Shown in pieces: positions 1 to 9,345 of a stretch of 64,000 nt of DNA. This DNA is from a virus. Position numbers and translations under genes: made by a program. Position 1 is the stretch's first letter; every line of letters starts with the position of its first letter. The DNA is taken from the IMG/VR virus record IMGVR_UViG_3300017717_002521, positions 27,140 through 91,139 of that record. The stretch is one strand, 5' to 3'. The notes under the pieces are model-generated. The model had not been told where the DNA came from, searched no databases, and worked only from the letters and a program-made list of their open reading frames with translations.

Positions 1-221
1 TAGCCGAAGATGATCCTTTTAAAGAATCTTTTCTTAAAATGAATGAAGCAGGTGTAGCTCAAGTAAGAATAGTACCTGCTACAGGAGCTGAAAGATTTTC
101 TCAATTTATTTACGATAAAGTAAATCCCTTTATAAAAGAAGAAACTCAAGGTAGAGTAAAAATATCAAAAGTAGAATTTAGAGAACACGGTAAAAACTCA
201 GCAATATATGAGCCTAGGTAG
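1..221 (+). CDS. queD: 6-carboxytetrahydropterin synthase, C-terminal part (5'-truncated by window edge)
   Basis: Frame open from base 3 (AEDDPF...VPATGAERF...VEFREHGKNSAIY), typical of phage-type QueD C-termini; overlaps queE. Confidence 0.8.
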   Translation, partial: AEDDPFKESFLKMNEAGVAQVRIVPATGAERFSQFIYDKVNPFIKEETQGRVKISKVEFREHGKNSAIYEPR

Positions 222-984
222 AATAGAAGACTACAATAAAAATTTACCAATAGTAGAAGTATATACTGCAGTACAATCGGAAGGTTCAAGACAAGGTTTT
301 CCTACTATTGTTATTAGAACTACTGGTTGCACTCATAGGTGTTACTTCGGTGAAGGTGGCTGGTGTGATAGCTGGTATACAAGTATTCATCCAGAAAAAG
401 GTAAGTTTAATTTTAATGACATTATTAAAGCATATGATGATAATCCTCATATATCAGAAATGATGTTAACTGGTGGTTCTCCTACTATGCATGGTAAACT
501 TGTAAATGAACTTACACATTTTGCTAATGAAAGAGATATCTTTATTACAATAGAGAATGAAGGTAGTCATTTTTTACCTACTGACTATCCTATAGATTTA
601 CTTTCTATTAGTCCTAAGTTTAGTAACTCTATTCCTCAACTAGGAGTAGAAACTCCTCAAGGTAAGATTGTAGATGAAAAAATGATTAAACAGCATAATA
701 AGTTTAGACTTAATAAAGATGCTATAAAAAAGTCAATAGAGTATCATAAGGATTATCATATTAAACCTGTATTAGATAAAGATTTAAGGATTTATGGTGA
801 AGTTTATAAATTCTTAGAAGAGTTAGAGATACCTAATGAAAAAGTTTGGTGTATGCCTGCAGGTGATGATAGAGAATCTTTAATGGAAAGCTACCCAGTT
901 GTTATGGACTTTGTTAGAGATAAAGGATATAGATTTACTGGTAGAGCACATATTATGGCGTTTAATACTGAAAGAGAAGTATAA
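208..984 (+). CDS. queE: 7-carboxy-7-deazaguanine synthase (radical SAM)
   Basis: VQSEG..G, RTTGCTHRC..CDS (extended CxxxC..C), LTGGSP, SISPK motifs. Confidence 0.9.
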   Translation: MSLGRIEDYNKNLPIVEVYTAVQSEGSRQGFPTIVIRTTGCTHRCYFGEGGWCDSWYTSIHPEKGKFNFNDIIKAYDDNPHISEMMLTGGSPTMHGKLVNELTHFANERDIFITIENEGSHFLPTDYPIDLLSISPKFSNSIPQLGVETPQGKIVDEKMIKQHNKFRLNKDAIKKSIEYHKDYHIKPVLDKDLRIYGEVYKFLEELEIPNEKVWCMPAGDDRESLMESYPVVMDFVRDKGYRFTGRAHIMAFNTEREV

Positions 985-1155
985 ATGGAAGATACGTGGA
1001 ACGAAATAGAAGAGCATCTATCAGTTATACACGGTAATTTAGGTATATGCTGTCAGGAGTATTGCGATGCCCCTAATGCAATATACAGTTTAGAAAAATT
1101 AACAGAATTATTAATAAAAATTAGAGAAAAAGATGGCACAATACACGGTGATTAA
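985..1155 (+). CDS. small hypothetical protein (56 aa)
   Basis: ATG directly after queE stop; fills the gap; translated by hand. Confidence 0.55.
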   Translation: MEDTWNEIEEHLSVIHGNLGICCQEYCDAPNAIYSLEKLTELLIKIREKDGTIHGD

Positions 1156-1345
1156 AATGCTTAAGAAGGAATTCGAAGCAAACAGAGAAAAAGCTTTACT
1201 CACACTAGAGTTACTAACTCAACATCCTGCTGGTATTGGTGATCACTCTACAGAGGATTTCTATAAAAATGCAACTGAAGCTATTGTAGCTTTGGCCGAG
1301 GCTGAAGACGTATTAGAGACCATAGAAAGACATTTTGCAGAATGA
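1133..1345 (+). CDS. hypothetical phage protein
   Basis: ORF track; PAGIGDH motif. Confidence 0.6.
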   Translation: MAQYTVIKMLKKEFEANREKALLTLELLTQHPAGIGDHSTEDFYKNATEAIVALAEAEDVLETIERHFAE

Positions 1346-1584
1346 AACTACCAGTAATAAGAAAATTAAGTGAGTTCTCGTTAACTGAAATCAATAACTC
1401 AATTAAGTTATTAGAATCTATAACAGATTCAAGAGGAATTACTGAAAATGAGCTTGATGCATTAGGAGAAATTTTATCTAATCTTTATGGAGCTCAAAAC
1501 GTAAGAGAGTCTGTAATGAGAGGTTTAAAAAGAACTGATGCATTAAATAATTTTATGAAACGTGTAACATCAGTAGGTAAATGA
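1342..1584 (+). CDS. Bacteroidota-type conserved small protein
   Basis: MKLPVI...ELDALGEILSNLYGA...ALNNFMKRV resembles a small Flavobacteriia family. Confidence 0.6.
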   Translation: MKLPVIRKLSEFSLTEINNSIKLLESITDSRGITENELDALGEILSNLYGAQNVRESVMRGLKRTDALNNFMKRVTSVGK

Positions 1585-1889
1585 GTTATATTATAGGTAA
1601 ACCATGTGAAGCAACTTGTGATACTGCCTGTGTAGCAGTTTGCCCAGTTAACTGTATACATGGTCCTATAGATATTGATGGAGCAGGTCAAGAAGTATCA
1701 GGTATGGAAATAGGTCCTACCGATATGCTTTACATCAATCCAGACGAATGTATTGACTGTGGAGCTTGTTTGCCGGAATGTCCAGTTGAAGCTATTTATG
1801 ATAGTGAAGAAGAGGCTATTGAAAAAGATGGTACTGACACATACGTAAAGAGAAATTATAACTTTTTTGGCTTACAATATAATGTATAA
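1581..1889 (+). CDS. dicluster (7Fe/8Fe-type) ferredoxin
   Basis: ACVAVCPVNCI and ECIDCGACLPECP motifs. Confidence 0.9.
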   Translation: MSYIIGKPCEATCDTACVAVCPVNCIHGPIDIDGAGQEVSGMEIGPTDMLYINPDECIDCGACLPECPVEAIYDSEEEAIEKDGTDTYVKRNYNFFGLQYNV

Positions 1890-2247
1890 GTATAAAGCAA
1901 AATTAGTAAGGGTTGTAGACGGCGACACTGCCGATGTTATGATAGACCTTGGGTTTAACGTTTGGACTAAACAAAGATTAAGGTTCAAAGGAGTTGATAC
2001 TTGGGAAAAAAGAACTCGAGATAAAGAAGAAAAAATAAGAGGTCTAGCTGCTACTGCATTTACTACAGAATATTTAGAAAAAAATAATGGACTGTTTACT
2101 ATTCAATCATATGGAGTGGGTAAATATGGAAGAGTATTAGCAGAAATTTTTATAGAAGGAGAAAAGAAATCTCTAAATGAGTTATTATTAGAAAATGGCC
2201 ACGCTTATGTCTACGATGGTGGCAAGAAAAAAGTATTTCAAGGATGA
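1882..2247 (+). CDS. thermonuclease (SNase-like)
   Basis: RVVDGDT, RLRFKGVDT, KYGRVLA, LLENGHA; ATG at 1882 preferred. Confidence 0.85.
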   Translation: MYKYKAKLVRVVDGDTADVMIDLGFNVWTKQRLRFKGVDTWEKRTRDKEEKIRGLAATAFTTEYLEKNNGLFTIQSYGVGKYGRVLAEIFIEGEKKSLNELLLENGHAYVYDGGKKKVFQG

Positions 2248-2357
2248 CAAAACCAGAAATAGTTCAACTTATAGAAGAAAAGCTACAAAAAGTTGAATGT
2301 TCGAATTCATTTCCTTACATTATTGATGAAAGGATATGGACAACTACTGTAGCCTAA
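2244..2357 (+). CDS. small hypothetical protein (37 aa)
   Basis: ATGA overlap with nuclease stop; translated by hand. Confidence 0.4.
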   Translation: MTKPEIVQLIEEKLQKVECSNSFPYIIDERIWTTTVA

Positions 2358-2403
2358 AATGTTATGTTAATGTTTAACCTTAATTTAATCTAAATCAACG
2401 AAA

Positions 2404-4878
2404 ATGAGAAAACTCGTTACAGTGCTGTTAATGTTTTTAGCAGTTGGAGCTTACGCTCAAGAAACGAGTACTGATTCTAAGACCATCTTAGATGTAAACT
2501 TAGAAGAAGTTGTTGTATCGTCTAGAGTTATTGATGTCGCAAAAGAAAGAGAGACACCAATTGCAGTTAGTACGATCTCAGCACAAGAAGTACTCCTTAA
2601 AGTAGGAAACCAAGAGTTTCCAGAAATTATGAACAAGACACCTGGAGTGTATGCTACTAAACAAGGAGGAGGATACGGTGATAGTCGTATTTCTTTAAGA
2701 GGTTTCGATCAGCGTAATACTTCTTTCCTTATTAACGGTCAACCCGTTAATGATATGGAAAATGGTTGGGTTTATTGGTCAAACTGGCAAGGATTGACAG
2801 ACGTGACGTCTAGCATCCAAATCCAACGTGGTCTTGGTGCCACATCGTTAGCAGTTCCTTCAGTCGGTGGAACTGTTTCTATTTTCACTAAGAGTGCAGA
2901 GAAAGCTCAAGGTGGGTCTATTACTCAAATGGTAGGTAACGACGGTTACATTAAAACAACCGCTCTTTACAATACTGGAGTAAATGACAAAGGATGGTCT
3001 TCTTCTTATTTATTGACTAAATGGTCTGGTAACGGATATATTTACAATACTTCAGGAGCTGGTTGGACTTATTTTGCATCTGTTGGTTACACACCAGAAG
3101 GTTCAAAACATAGCCTAAACTTATCAGTTTTAGGTGCTGGACAATGGCATCATCAAAGAGATGTTTGGGTATCTATTAGAGATTACCAGAACTTTGGTAA
3201 AGCCGGTATTGATCAGAGATGGAATACTAACGGTGGAACGTTAAATGGTAGTGAGTATAACTTACGTAGAAACTTCTACAATAAACCTCTTGCTACTCTA
3301 AACTGGGATTGGGATATTTCAGAAAACGTTCAATTAAATACATCTGTATACGGTTCAGCCGGAAGAGGTGGAGGAACAGGTCCTAGAGGTAGAAACTATT
3401 ATGAAGGATCTATCGATATGTTACCTTTCCGTAAGGATCTAACAGAACACTACCTAGAAGATGGTAAAGGAACTAGAAATGCTGATGGTACTATTAACTA
3501 TGACGCAGTAGTTGCTCATAACTCACAATACGAAGTAGGGTCTCATAATGATAAAGATTACGCTAGAAACGTATTAGTACGAAGAGCATCTATGAACTCT
3601 CATAACTGGATTGGAGCTATCTCTAAGCTTAATATCCAGAAAGGTAGTATGAGATATTCATTAGGATTAGATCTTAGGGATTACACAGGTTATCACTACA
3701 GAGCAATGAATGATCTATTAGGTCTTAATCAATATGCTTCTACTGGTAACCAAAACTTAAGTACTCAACTATATAATTCATCTGATTTAATATCAGCTAA
3801 CCCATTTAGAGGTACTAATATTGGTGATAATGAAGCAAAGATTGCTTATTATAATATTGGATTTGTAAAATGGGCTGGATTTAACGGATTAGTAGAATAT
3901 GCTGGTGATAAGATTACTGCAGTACTACAAGCCGGAGCATCTAACCAACAGTTCCAAAGAGAAGATAGATTTGCAAACGTAGATAATCCTATTTCTGATA
4001 AAGCTAACTTAGGTGGTGGATATCTTAAAGGAGGATTAAACTATAACTTTACTGAAAAATCTAACGTATTTGTAAACGCTGGATTTATTGACCGTCAGCC
4101 TTTATTTGACGCAGTATTCCCTAACTTTGGAAATGACGTTAATCCAGACCTACAAAATGAACGTATCGAATCATTTGAGATTGGGTATGGTTATATAGGT
4201 AAGAGATTAAGACTAAATGTTAATGCATATAACACTAACTGGGGTAATAGATTTGTTTCTAGAAGTTTATCTAACCAACAAGGTGTAGATGGTACAGCTC
4301 AGTTTAGAAATATTGATGTAACACATAAAGGTTTCGAAGCTGAAGGTACTTACACAGTAGGAGGTACTAAGCTTAGAGGTATGCTATCTATTGGGGATTG
4401 GACTTATACTAAAGACTTTGAAGCAGAGTTATTTGATGAGAATCAACAATCTATCGGTACTGGTAAACTTTACTTAAAAGGAGCTAAAGTAGGAGATGCT
4501 GCACAAACTACAGCATTATTAGGTATTGATCAGAAGATTGGGTCGAACATTAGAGTTGATCTAGATTACAGATTTGTAGATAACCTATACGCTGACTATA
4601 GTATTACTGATTCAGCTTTTACTTCTCCTGATAATGATGGAGCGTTAAAACTACCTTCATTCGGTTTATTAGATTTAGGAGCTACATTTTATGCTAATAA
4701 TGGATGGTCGTTAAGAGCGAATATTAATAACTTATTAGATGAAACTTATATTGCAGAGTCTAATAGTAATATTCATACAGATGCTGATTCCACTACTTGG
4801 AACGGTGTTGATGTTAGAAATAGTGTTTGGTTCGGCTTCGGTAGAACTTGGAACGTTTCTCTCAAATATAAATTTTAA
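2404..4878 (+). CDS. TonB-dependent outer-membrane receptor
   Basis: Signal peptide AYA|Q, TonB box LEEVVV, plug (TPGV, LRGFD, INGQP, IQIQRG), C-terminal NNLLD...GRTWNVSLKYKF. Confidence 0.92.
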   Translation: MRKLVTVLLMFLAVGAYAQETSTDSKTILDVNLEEVVVSSRVIDVAKERETPIAVSTISAQEVLLKVGNQEFPEIMNKTPGVYATKQGGGYGDSRISLRGFDQRNTSFLINGQPVNDMENGWVYWSNWQGLTDVTSSIQIQRGLGATSLAVPSVGGTVSIFTKSAEKAQGGSITQMVGNDGYIKTTALYNTGVNDKGWSSSYLLTKWSGNGYIYNTSGAGWTYFASVGYTPEGSKHSLNLSVLGAGQWHHQRDVWVSIRDYQNFGKAGIDQRWNTNGGTLNGSEYNLRRNFYNKPLATLNWDWDISENVQLNTSVYGSAGRGGGTGPRGRNYYEGSIDMLPFRKDLTEHYLEDGKGTRNADGTINYDAVVAHNSQYEVGSHNDKDYARNVLVRRASMNSHNWIGAISKLNIQKGSMRYSLGLDLRDYTGYHYRAMNDLLGLNQYASTGNQNLSTQLYNSSDLISANPFRGTNIGDNEAKIAYYNIGFVKWAGFNGLVEYAGDKITAVLQAGASNQQFQREDRFANVDNPISDKANLGGGYLKGGLNYNFTEKSNVFVNAGFIDRQPLFDAVFPNFGNDVNPDLQNERIESFEIGYGYIGKRLRLNVNAYNTNWGNRFVSRSLSNQQGVDGTAQFRNIDVTHKGFEAEGTYTVGGTKLRGMLSIGDWTYTKDFEAELFDENQQSIGTGKLYLKGAKVGDAAQTTALLGIDQKIGSNIRVDLDYRFVDNLYADYSITDSAFTSPDNDGALKLPSFGLLDLGATFYANNGWSLRANINNLLDETYIAESNSNIHTDADSTTWNGVDVRNSVWFGFGRTWNVSLKYKF

Positions 4879-4880
4879 TT

Positions 4881-4907
4881 AAAGGGGGCTTCGGCCCCTT
4901 TTTTTTT
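4881..4907 (+). terminator. intrinsic terminator
   Basis: GGGGC-TTCG-GCCCC plus T9. Confidence 0.9.
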
Positions 4908-4912
4908 CTTAT

Positions 4913-5158
4913 ATGGATTGGGATATAGTATTTACGTTTATAATAGTAGGAACGGTTTTATTCTTCTATCAATTTGGACAAGATATTTTTGAGAAAAGTA
5001 AAATGTTCAAACGTCATAAAGCTAAAGGAGAAGATAGATGGAAATGGGCAACTACCCCGCCTTATTTTACTTTTAAAAAAATTTTATATTGGGTATTTCT
5101 AGCTATAGTTTTAACAGTTACCCTATACTTAGGGTTTAAAATAGAAACAGAATTTTAA
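4913..5158 (+). CDS. small two-TM membrane protein
   Basis: two hydrophobic segments. Confidence 0.55.
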   Translation: MDWDIVFTFIIVGTVLFFYQFGQDIFEKSKMFKRHKAKGEDRWKWATTPPYFTFKKILYWVFLAIVLTVTLYLGFKIETEF

Positions 5159-5950
5159 ATGAAAAAATTAAATTTTGCAGATTGGGTAGGAATGGGTTTT
5201 ATTATTATAATGATAATAGTATTTCTTCTTATACCTTCTCCCGCCAAAGCAGATTGGGGTAAAACAGGACATAGGGTTATAGGACAAATAGCACAAGATA
5301 ACTTAACTCCCAAAGCCCAAAAAGAAATATCAGATTTACTATACGGCGAAACATTAGCTACAGTTAGTACATGGGCAGACGAGATTAGATCTGACTCTTC
5401 TTATGACAGTTACAAAGTATGGCATTACGTTAATATGCCTTTAGATAAAAAATATGAAGAAGTAGAACATACTCAAGACAATGTAGTTATAGGTATTCAA
5501 AAATGTATAGCAGTTTTAAAAGATAATTCAGCAAGTAAAGAAGAAAAAATTTTTCATTTACGATTTTTAGTACATTTAGTTGGTGATATTCATCAACCTT
5601 TACACGTAGGTAGAGCAGAAGACTACGGCGGAAATAAAATATATGTAGAGTTTTTTAAAGACGGAACTAATATACATAGAGTATGGGATACCGATATGAT
5701 TGAAAACTTTAATATGAGTTATACTGAAATATCCGAATATCTACAGTCATATAAAAAACAAGATTTTGCTCAAGGAGACGCAATATGCTGGGCGAACGAA
5801 TCTCAACAAATAGTTAAGAAAGTTTATGAAATAGAAGTTGGAGAACAGCTTTCATATTCTTATATTTACAGTAACTTCTATATAGTAAAAGATAGGTTAT
5901 ATAGAGCAGGTATCAGATTAGCTAATTTATTAAACTCAATATATGTCTAA
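5159..5950 (+). CDS. S1/P1 nuclease, exported
   Basis: signal peptide then WGKTGH; WADEIR, WHYVN, HLVGDIHQPLH, HRVWD. Confidence 0.92.
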   Translation: MKKLNFADWVGMGFIIIMIIVFLLIPSPAKADWGKTGHRVIGQIAQDNLTPKAQKEISDLLYGETLATVSTWADEIRSDSSYDSYKVWHYVNMPLDKKYEEVEHTQDNVVIGIQKCIAVLKDNSASKEEKIFHLRFLVHLVGDIHQPLHVGRAEDYGGNKIYVEFFKDGTNIHRVWDTDMIENFNMSYTEISEYLQSYKKQDFAQGDAICWANESQQIVKKVYEIEVGEQLSYSYIYSNFYIVKDRLYRAGIRLANLLNSIYV

Positions 5951-6161
5951 AGAACTACTTTACAAGATTTTCGTTGTCTTCATCGGTACAGGTTGCATGA
6001 TGGTCGGACCATTTTTCGTTAACTTCCTACTAGGTAAAATATTATCTGTTATTGGGTTAGCATTACTAACAGTTCAAACTCAAAGAACTAAATCTTATAA
6101 TCTATCTCTACTTAATGTAGTAGGTATATGCGGTTACCTATATAGCATCTTTACTCAATGA
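5943..6161 (+). CDS. small membrane protein
   Basis: hydrophobic throughout. Confidence 0.55.
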   Translation: MSKELLYKIFVVFIGTGCMMVGPFFVNFLLGKILSVIGLALLTVQTQRTKSYNLSLLNVVGICGYLYSIFTQ

Positions 6162-6691
6162 GCAAGTTAATTAATTTATTTGGAGGCCCCGGAATAGGAA
6201 AAAGTGGAATTGCAGCAGGTTTAACATATGAATTAAAAAGGAAGCATATAAGTTGTAACAACCCTTATGAGTTCCCTAAAAAACTGGCATGGGATAAAAA
6301 CTATCCAGCTATACAAGATCAGTTATATGTATTTGCTAATCAACATAGAGGTATAGCAGAGTGTTACAATAAAGTAGACTATATTATCATTGACTCTCCC
6401 GTAATGTTTTCTACTATCTATCATAGCTACTATACAAAAGGATACCCAGCAGAAAACTATGGACAATCGTTTCATAATATGGTAGTTGATCTTCATAATA
6501 CTTACGATAATCTTAACATACTACTAAAGAGATCGAATACAGAGATTAATGAAGCAGAAAGATTTCAAGATCTTAAACAATCTATAGAGATTGATGAATT
6601 ATGTAAAGCTAAGTTAGAGGAACATAATTTACCGTACGTTGAAATAGAGGTAAATGATGATACAGTAAATGAAATATTAAAATTGTTATAA
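6158..6691 (+). CDS. P-loop NTPase / nucleotide kinase-like (AAA_28/NadR-like)
   Basis: GGPGIGKS Walker A; IIDSP. Confidence 0.75.
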   Translation: MSKLINLFGGPGIGKSGIAAGLTYELKRKHISCNNPYEFPKKLAWDKNYPAIQDQLYVFANQHRGIAECYNKVDYIIIDSPVMFSTIYHSYYTKGYPAENYGQSFHNMVVDLHNTYDNLNILLKRSNTEINEAERFQDLKQSIEIDELCKAKLEEHNLPYVEIEVNDDTVNEILKLL

Positions 6692-7110
6692 TGGAAAAAA
6701 ATAAGTTATATTTAAGTTGGAAATGGGTAGACGATCAAATTAATAAAATAGGAGATAAACTTGAAAGTATAGATTTAGAATTTGTATCTGGTATACCCAG
6801 AGGAGGATTAATACCTGCAGTTATGATGTCACATGCATACGGTATTAAGTATATTAGCTACTCTTCAGCTAAAATGCTACCATTAGAATTAAGAAAGAAA
6901 ACCATAGTAATAGATGATATATCAGATACTGGGTTGACTATGTCTGAAGCTGATAAATTAAAATTTATTACATCTAGTCTCACCACAAGAGTAGGTACTA
7001 AAACGTTGCCTAGGCTTACGGGTGAATTGATAAGTGACGATCGCTGGTTAGTATTTCCTTGGGAAACTTTAGATAGTATTCCTGTTCAAGATTATTTGAT
7101 GAATTCATAA
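6691..7110 (+). CDS. type I purine phosphoribosyltransferase-like
   Basis: GIPRGGL, VIDDISDTGLT, WLVFPWE as in Gpt-like enzymes. Confidence 0.85.
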   Translation: MEKNKLYLSWKWVDDQINKIGDKLESIDLEFVSGIPRGGLIPAVMMSHAYGIKYISYSSAKMLPLELRKKTIVIDDISDTGLTMSEADKLKFITSSLTTRVGTKTLPRLTGELISDDRWLVFPWETLDSIPVQDYLMNS

Positions 7111-7116
7111 TGAATA

Positions 7117-7836
7117 ATGAAAAATGCTGTAGTAGTTGTTGATATTAAACAGAAAGGCATACATTCTCTTTTACAGTATAACATAAATGCACTTAAACAA
7201 TATAGTCAACGAACCAGATCTGAATTAATTATTATCAGTTCTAAAATACTTGACCAGAAGTATAATCTTCATAAACAAGCTCCATATCCGTATCTTAGGT
7301 TTGAAAAAAATCAAATTTACCGTCTTTTCAAAGAATATGATCGAATATTAAGATTGGACAGTGATACTATGATAATGCAGAACTGCCCTAATTATTTTGA
7401 TTTAGATCCTAAGAATATGTATGTCACAAGAGAAGATGTTGGAAGTAGAAAAGAACCTAGGTTAAGACAAATAAAAACTATACAATCACAACTGGGTACT
7501 GTAGAAGGCTGGAATAGTTTCTACTTTAATAGCGGTGTCATATTAGCTTCTAGCATACATAAAGAAGCATTTAATTTAGATAATGTTGACCTGTCAAAAG
7601 TAAAAGGTGGACTTCAAGAACAAACGGTTCTTAACTGGCTTACTTTTAAATTAAAATTAAGTATCGTAGATTTAGGTCCTTATTTTAATTTTATTGAATT
7701 TTTTGAAACTGAAAATTTCGGTTTAAGAAAAAACTCCAATATAATACATTATGCTGGTAAAACAAACGATAAAAAAGTAAAAGATTTAAAAAGAGATATA
7801 ACCAACTTTAACAGTAAAAATAAAGAATTAATTTAA
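7117..7836 (+). CDS. glycosyltransferase, GT8-like
   Basis: LDSD, YFNSGV, EQTVLN, IIHYAG. Confidence 0.8.
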   Translation: MKNAVVVVDIKQKGIHSLLQYNINALKQYSQRTRSELIIISSKILDQKYNLHKQAPYPYLRFEKNQIYRLFKEYDRILRLDSDTMIMQNCPNYFDLDPKNMYVTREDVGSRKEPRLRQIKTIQSQLGTVEGWNSFYFNSGVILASSIHKEAFNLDNVDLSKVKGGLQEQTVLNWLTFKLKLSIVDLGPYFNFIEFFETENFGLRKNSNIIHYAGKTNDKKVKDLKRDITNFNSKNKELI

Positions 7837-7837
7837 A

Positions 7838-8530
7838 GTGGATAAAAAATCAATTCTTATTGTTGGCGTTCATAGATCCGGTACAACCTTTTTAGGTGGC
7901 AAACTTGGGAAACAAATAGGAAAGTTTATATCGGAACCTTGGAACTCTTGGGTTCATATTGATTCCTACAAAGCTAGTACCTATCCTATCGATAGTTATA
8001 TCAGTAAATCTGATACTGTTATTAAAACTTTTCCTGATCAATTACCTATTAATTATACAGGGAGTAAGTTAGATTGGTTATTAGAGGTAGTAGAGTATAT
8101 AGGGGTAAGTAGGACTATATTAATTAGTAGAAAAAACTTCAAGGAGCATCTAACAAGTTACACAAACCTAATGTACAGAGTATATAAGCATAGACAGTTT
8201 TATAAACATACTGGAATATTCGACTCCAGCCTAAAACTACCCGTTCATTCTGAATGGAGAGAAGAAGATATTCCAGAATGGTATTTAAATCTTAAGGACG
8301 AGGAGAAAAAAAATAAGAATGACCTTACTAAAAATAGAGATTTGCTATTTAATCTTTCTACTACAATTGATAAGAAAATAACTTGGTATGAGGATTTATT
8401 TGGTGGGGATCGAGAAAAATCTCTAGAGATTATCAAGTCGTGGAATTTTAATATTAACGAAAATAAACTTAATACTGACCTAAATCCTAAGTACAAAAAA
8501 AAGAAATCTAATCGAACTGAAATAATATGA
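7838..8530 (+). CDS. sulfotransferase-like protein
   Basis: GVHRSGTT PAPS loop, EPWN, WYEDL. Confidence 0.7.
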   Translation: MDKKSILIVGVHRSGTTFLGGKLGKQIGKFISEPWNSWVHIDSYKASTYPIDSYISKSDTVIKTFPDQLPINYTGSKLDWLLEVVEYIGVSRTILISRKNFKEHLTSYTNLMYRVYKHRQFYKHTGIFDSSLKLPVHSEWREEDIPEWYLNLKDEEKKNKNDLTKNRDLLFNLSTTIDKKITWYEDLFGGDREKSLEIIKSWNFNINENKLNTDLNPKYKKKKSNRTEII

Positions 8531-8558
8531 ATCAAAATATAAAAAAAATATTTTTAGT

Positions 8559-8588
8559 TTGTAGTTTTAAATTTTATTCTTATATTAA
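8559..8588 (+). promoter_or_regulatory. class 1 promoter (TTG-N19-TATATTAA) for folE
   Basis: matches motif repeated 16 times; spacing as in Bacteroidota -33/-7 promoters. Confidence 0.75.
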
Positions 8589-8594
8589 TAATAA

Positions 8595-8624
8595 TGAGTC
8601 GTAGAACCTCAATAAAAACAAAAG
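8595..8624 (+). ncRNA. candidate preQ1-I riboswitch aptamer in the folE leader
   Basis: TGAG-TCGTAGAAC-CTCA-ATAAAAACAAAAG: short P1, U-C-G-y-A-G loop ending in C, A-rich tail with AAAAC; directly upstream of a preQ pathway gene. Confidence 0.62.
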
Positions 8625-8627
8625 TAA

Positions 8628-9341
8628 ATGCCTAAAAAATTTATAGAAGGAACTGAATTAGTTCGTGCCGGTTTTGCTAACGGTATATCAAGTCAACTAG
8701 CAAAGAAACAACAAACTGAAGGACCTGAAGCAAGGTTAGATTCAGAAGAAAAACAAGTTATAATAGAAAATGCTGCTAAAGCATATGGAGACTTCTTAAC
8801 TGCTCTAGGATGTAATTATAAAGAAGATCCTAACTCTTCAGATACTCCAATGAGAGTAGCAAAAGCATACGTTAACGATTTATGGGCTGGAAGATATAGT
8901 CCACTAGACCGTATTACAGCATTTCCATCAGACGGTTATGACGGTATAGTTCAAGAGAGTAACATACCTGTAACGTCTATGTGTTCTCACCACCATCAAG
9001 CTATTAGAGGTACAGTAAGTATTGCTTATATAGCATCTCAAGATGGTAAAGTAGTAGGTTTATCTAAACTAAATAGAATAGTAGAGCAGTTCGGTAGAAG
9101 AGGTGCTATACAAGAACAGCTGACTGTAGCTATACATAATGCTGTAGATAAGATATGTGAAGGTAACTTAGGAGTAGCAGTACAAGTGAATGCAACTCAT
9201 GCATGTGTATCATGTAGAGGAGTAAAGCATCATAGTGCTTCAATGCAAACAGCTAAACTTACAGGTGCTTTCTTAGATGAAGATTCTGCTAAAGCAGAGT
9301 TCTACAAGAATATAGAATTAGCAAGTATATGCAAACATTAA
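8628..9341 (+). CDS. folE: GTP cyclohydrolase I
   Basis: TPMRVAK, SMCSHHH, GLSKLNR, IQEQLT, HACVSCRGV. Confidence 0.95.
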   Translation: MPKKFIEGTELVRAGFANGISSQLAKKQQTEGPEARLDSEEKQVIIENAAKAYGDFLTALGCNYKEDPNSSDTPMRVAKAYVNDLWAGRYSPLDRITAFPSDGYDGIVQESNIPVTSMCSHHHQAIRGTVSIAYIASQDGKVVGLSKLNRIVEQFGRRGAIQEQLTVAIHNAVDKICEGNLGVAVQVNATHACVSCRGVKHHSASMQTAKLTGAFLDEDSAKAEFYKNIELASICKH

Positions 9342-9345
9342 TATT

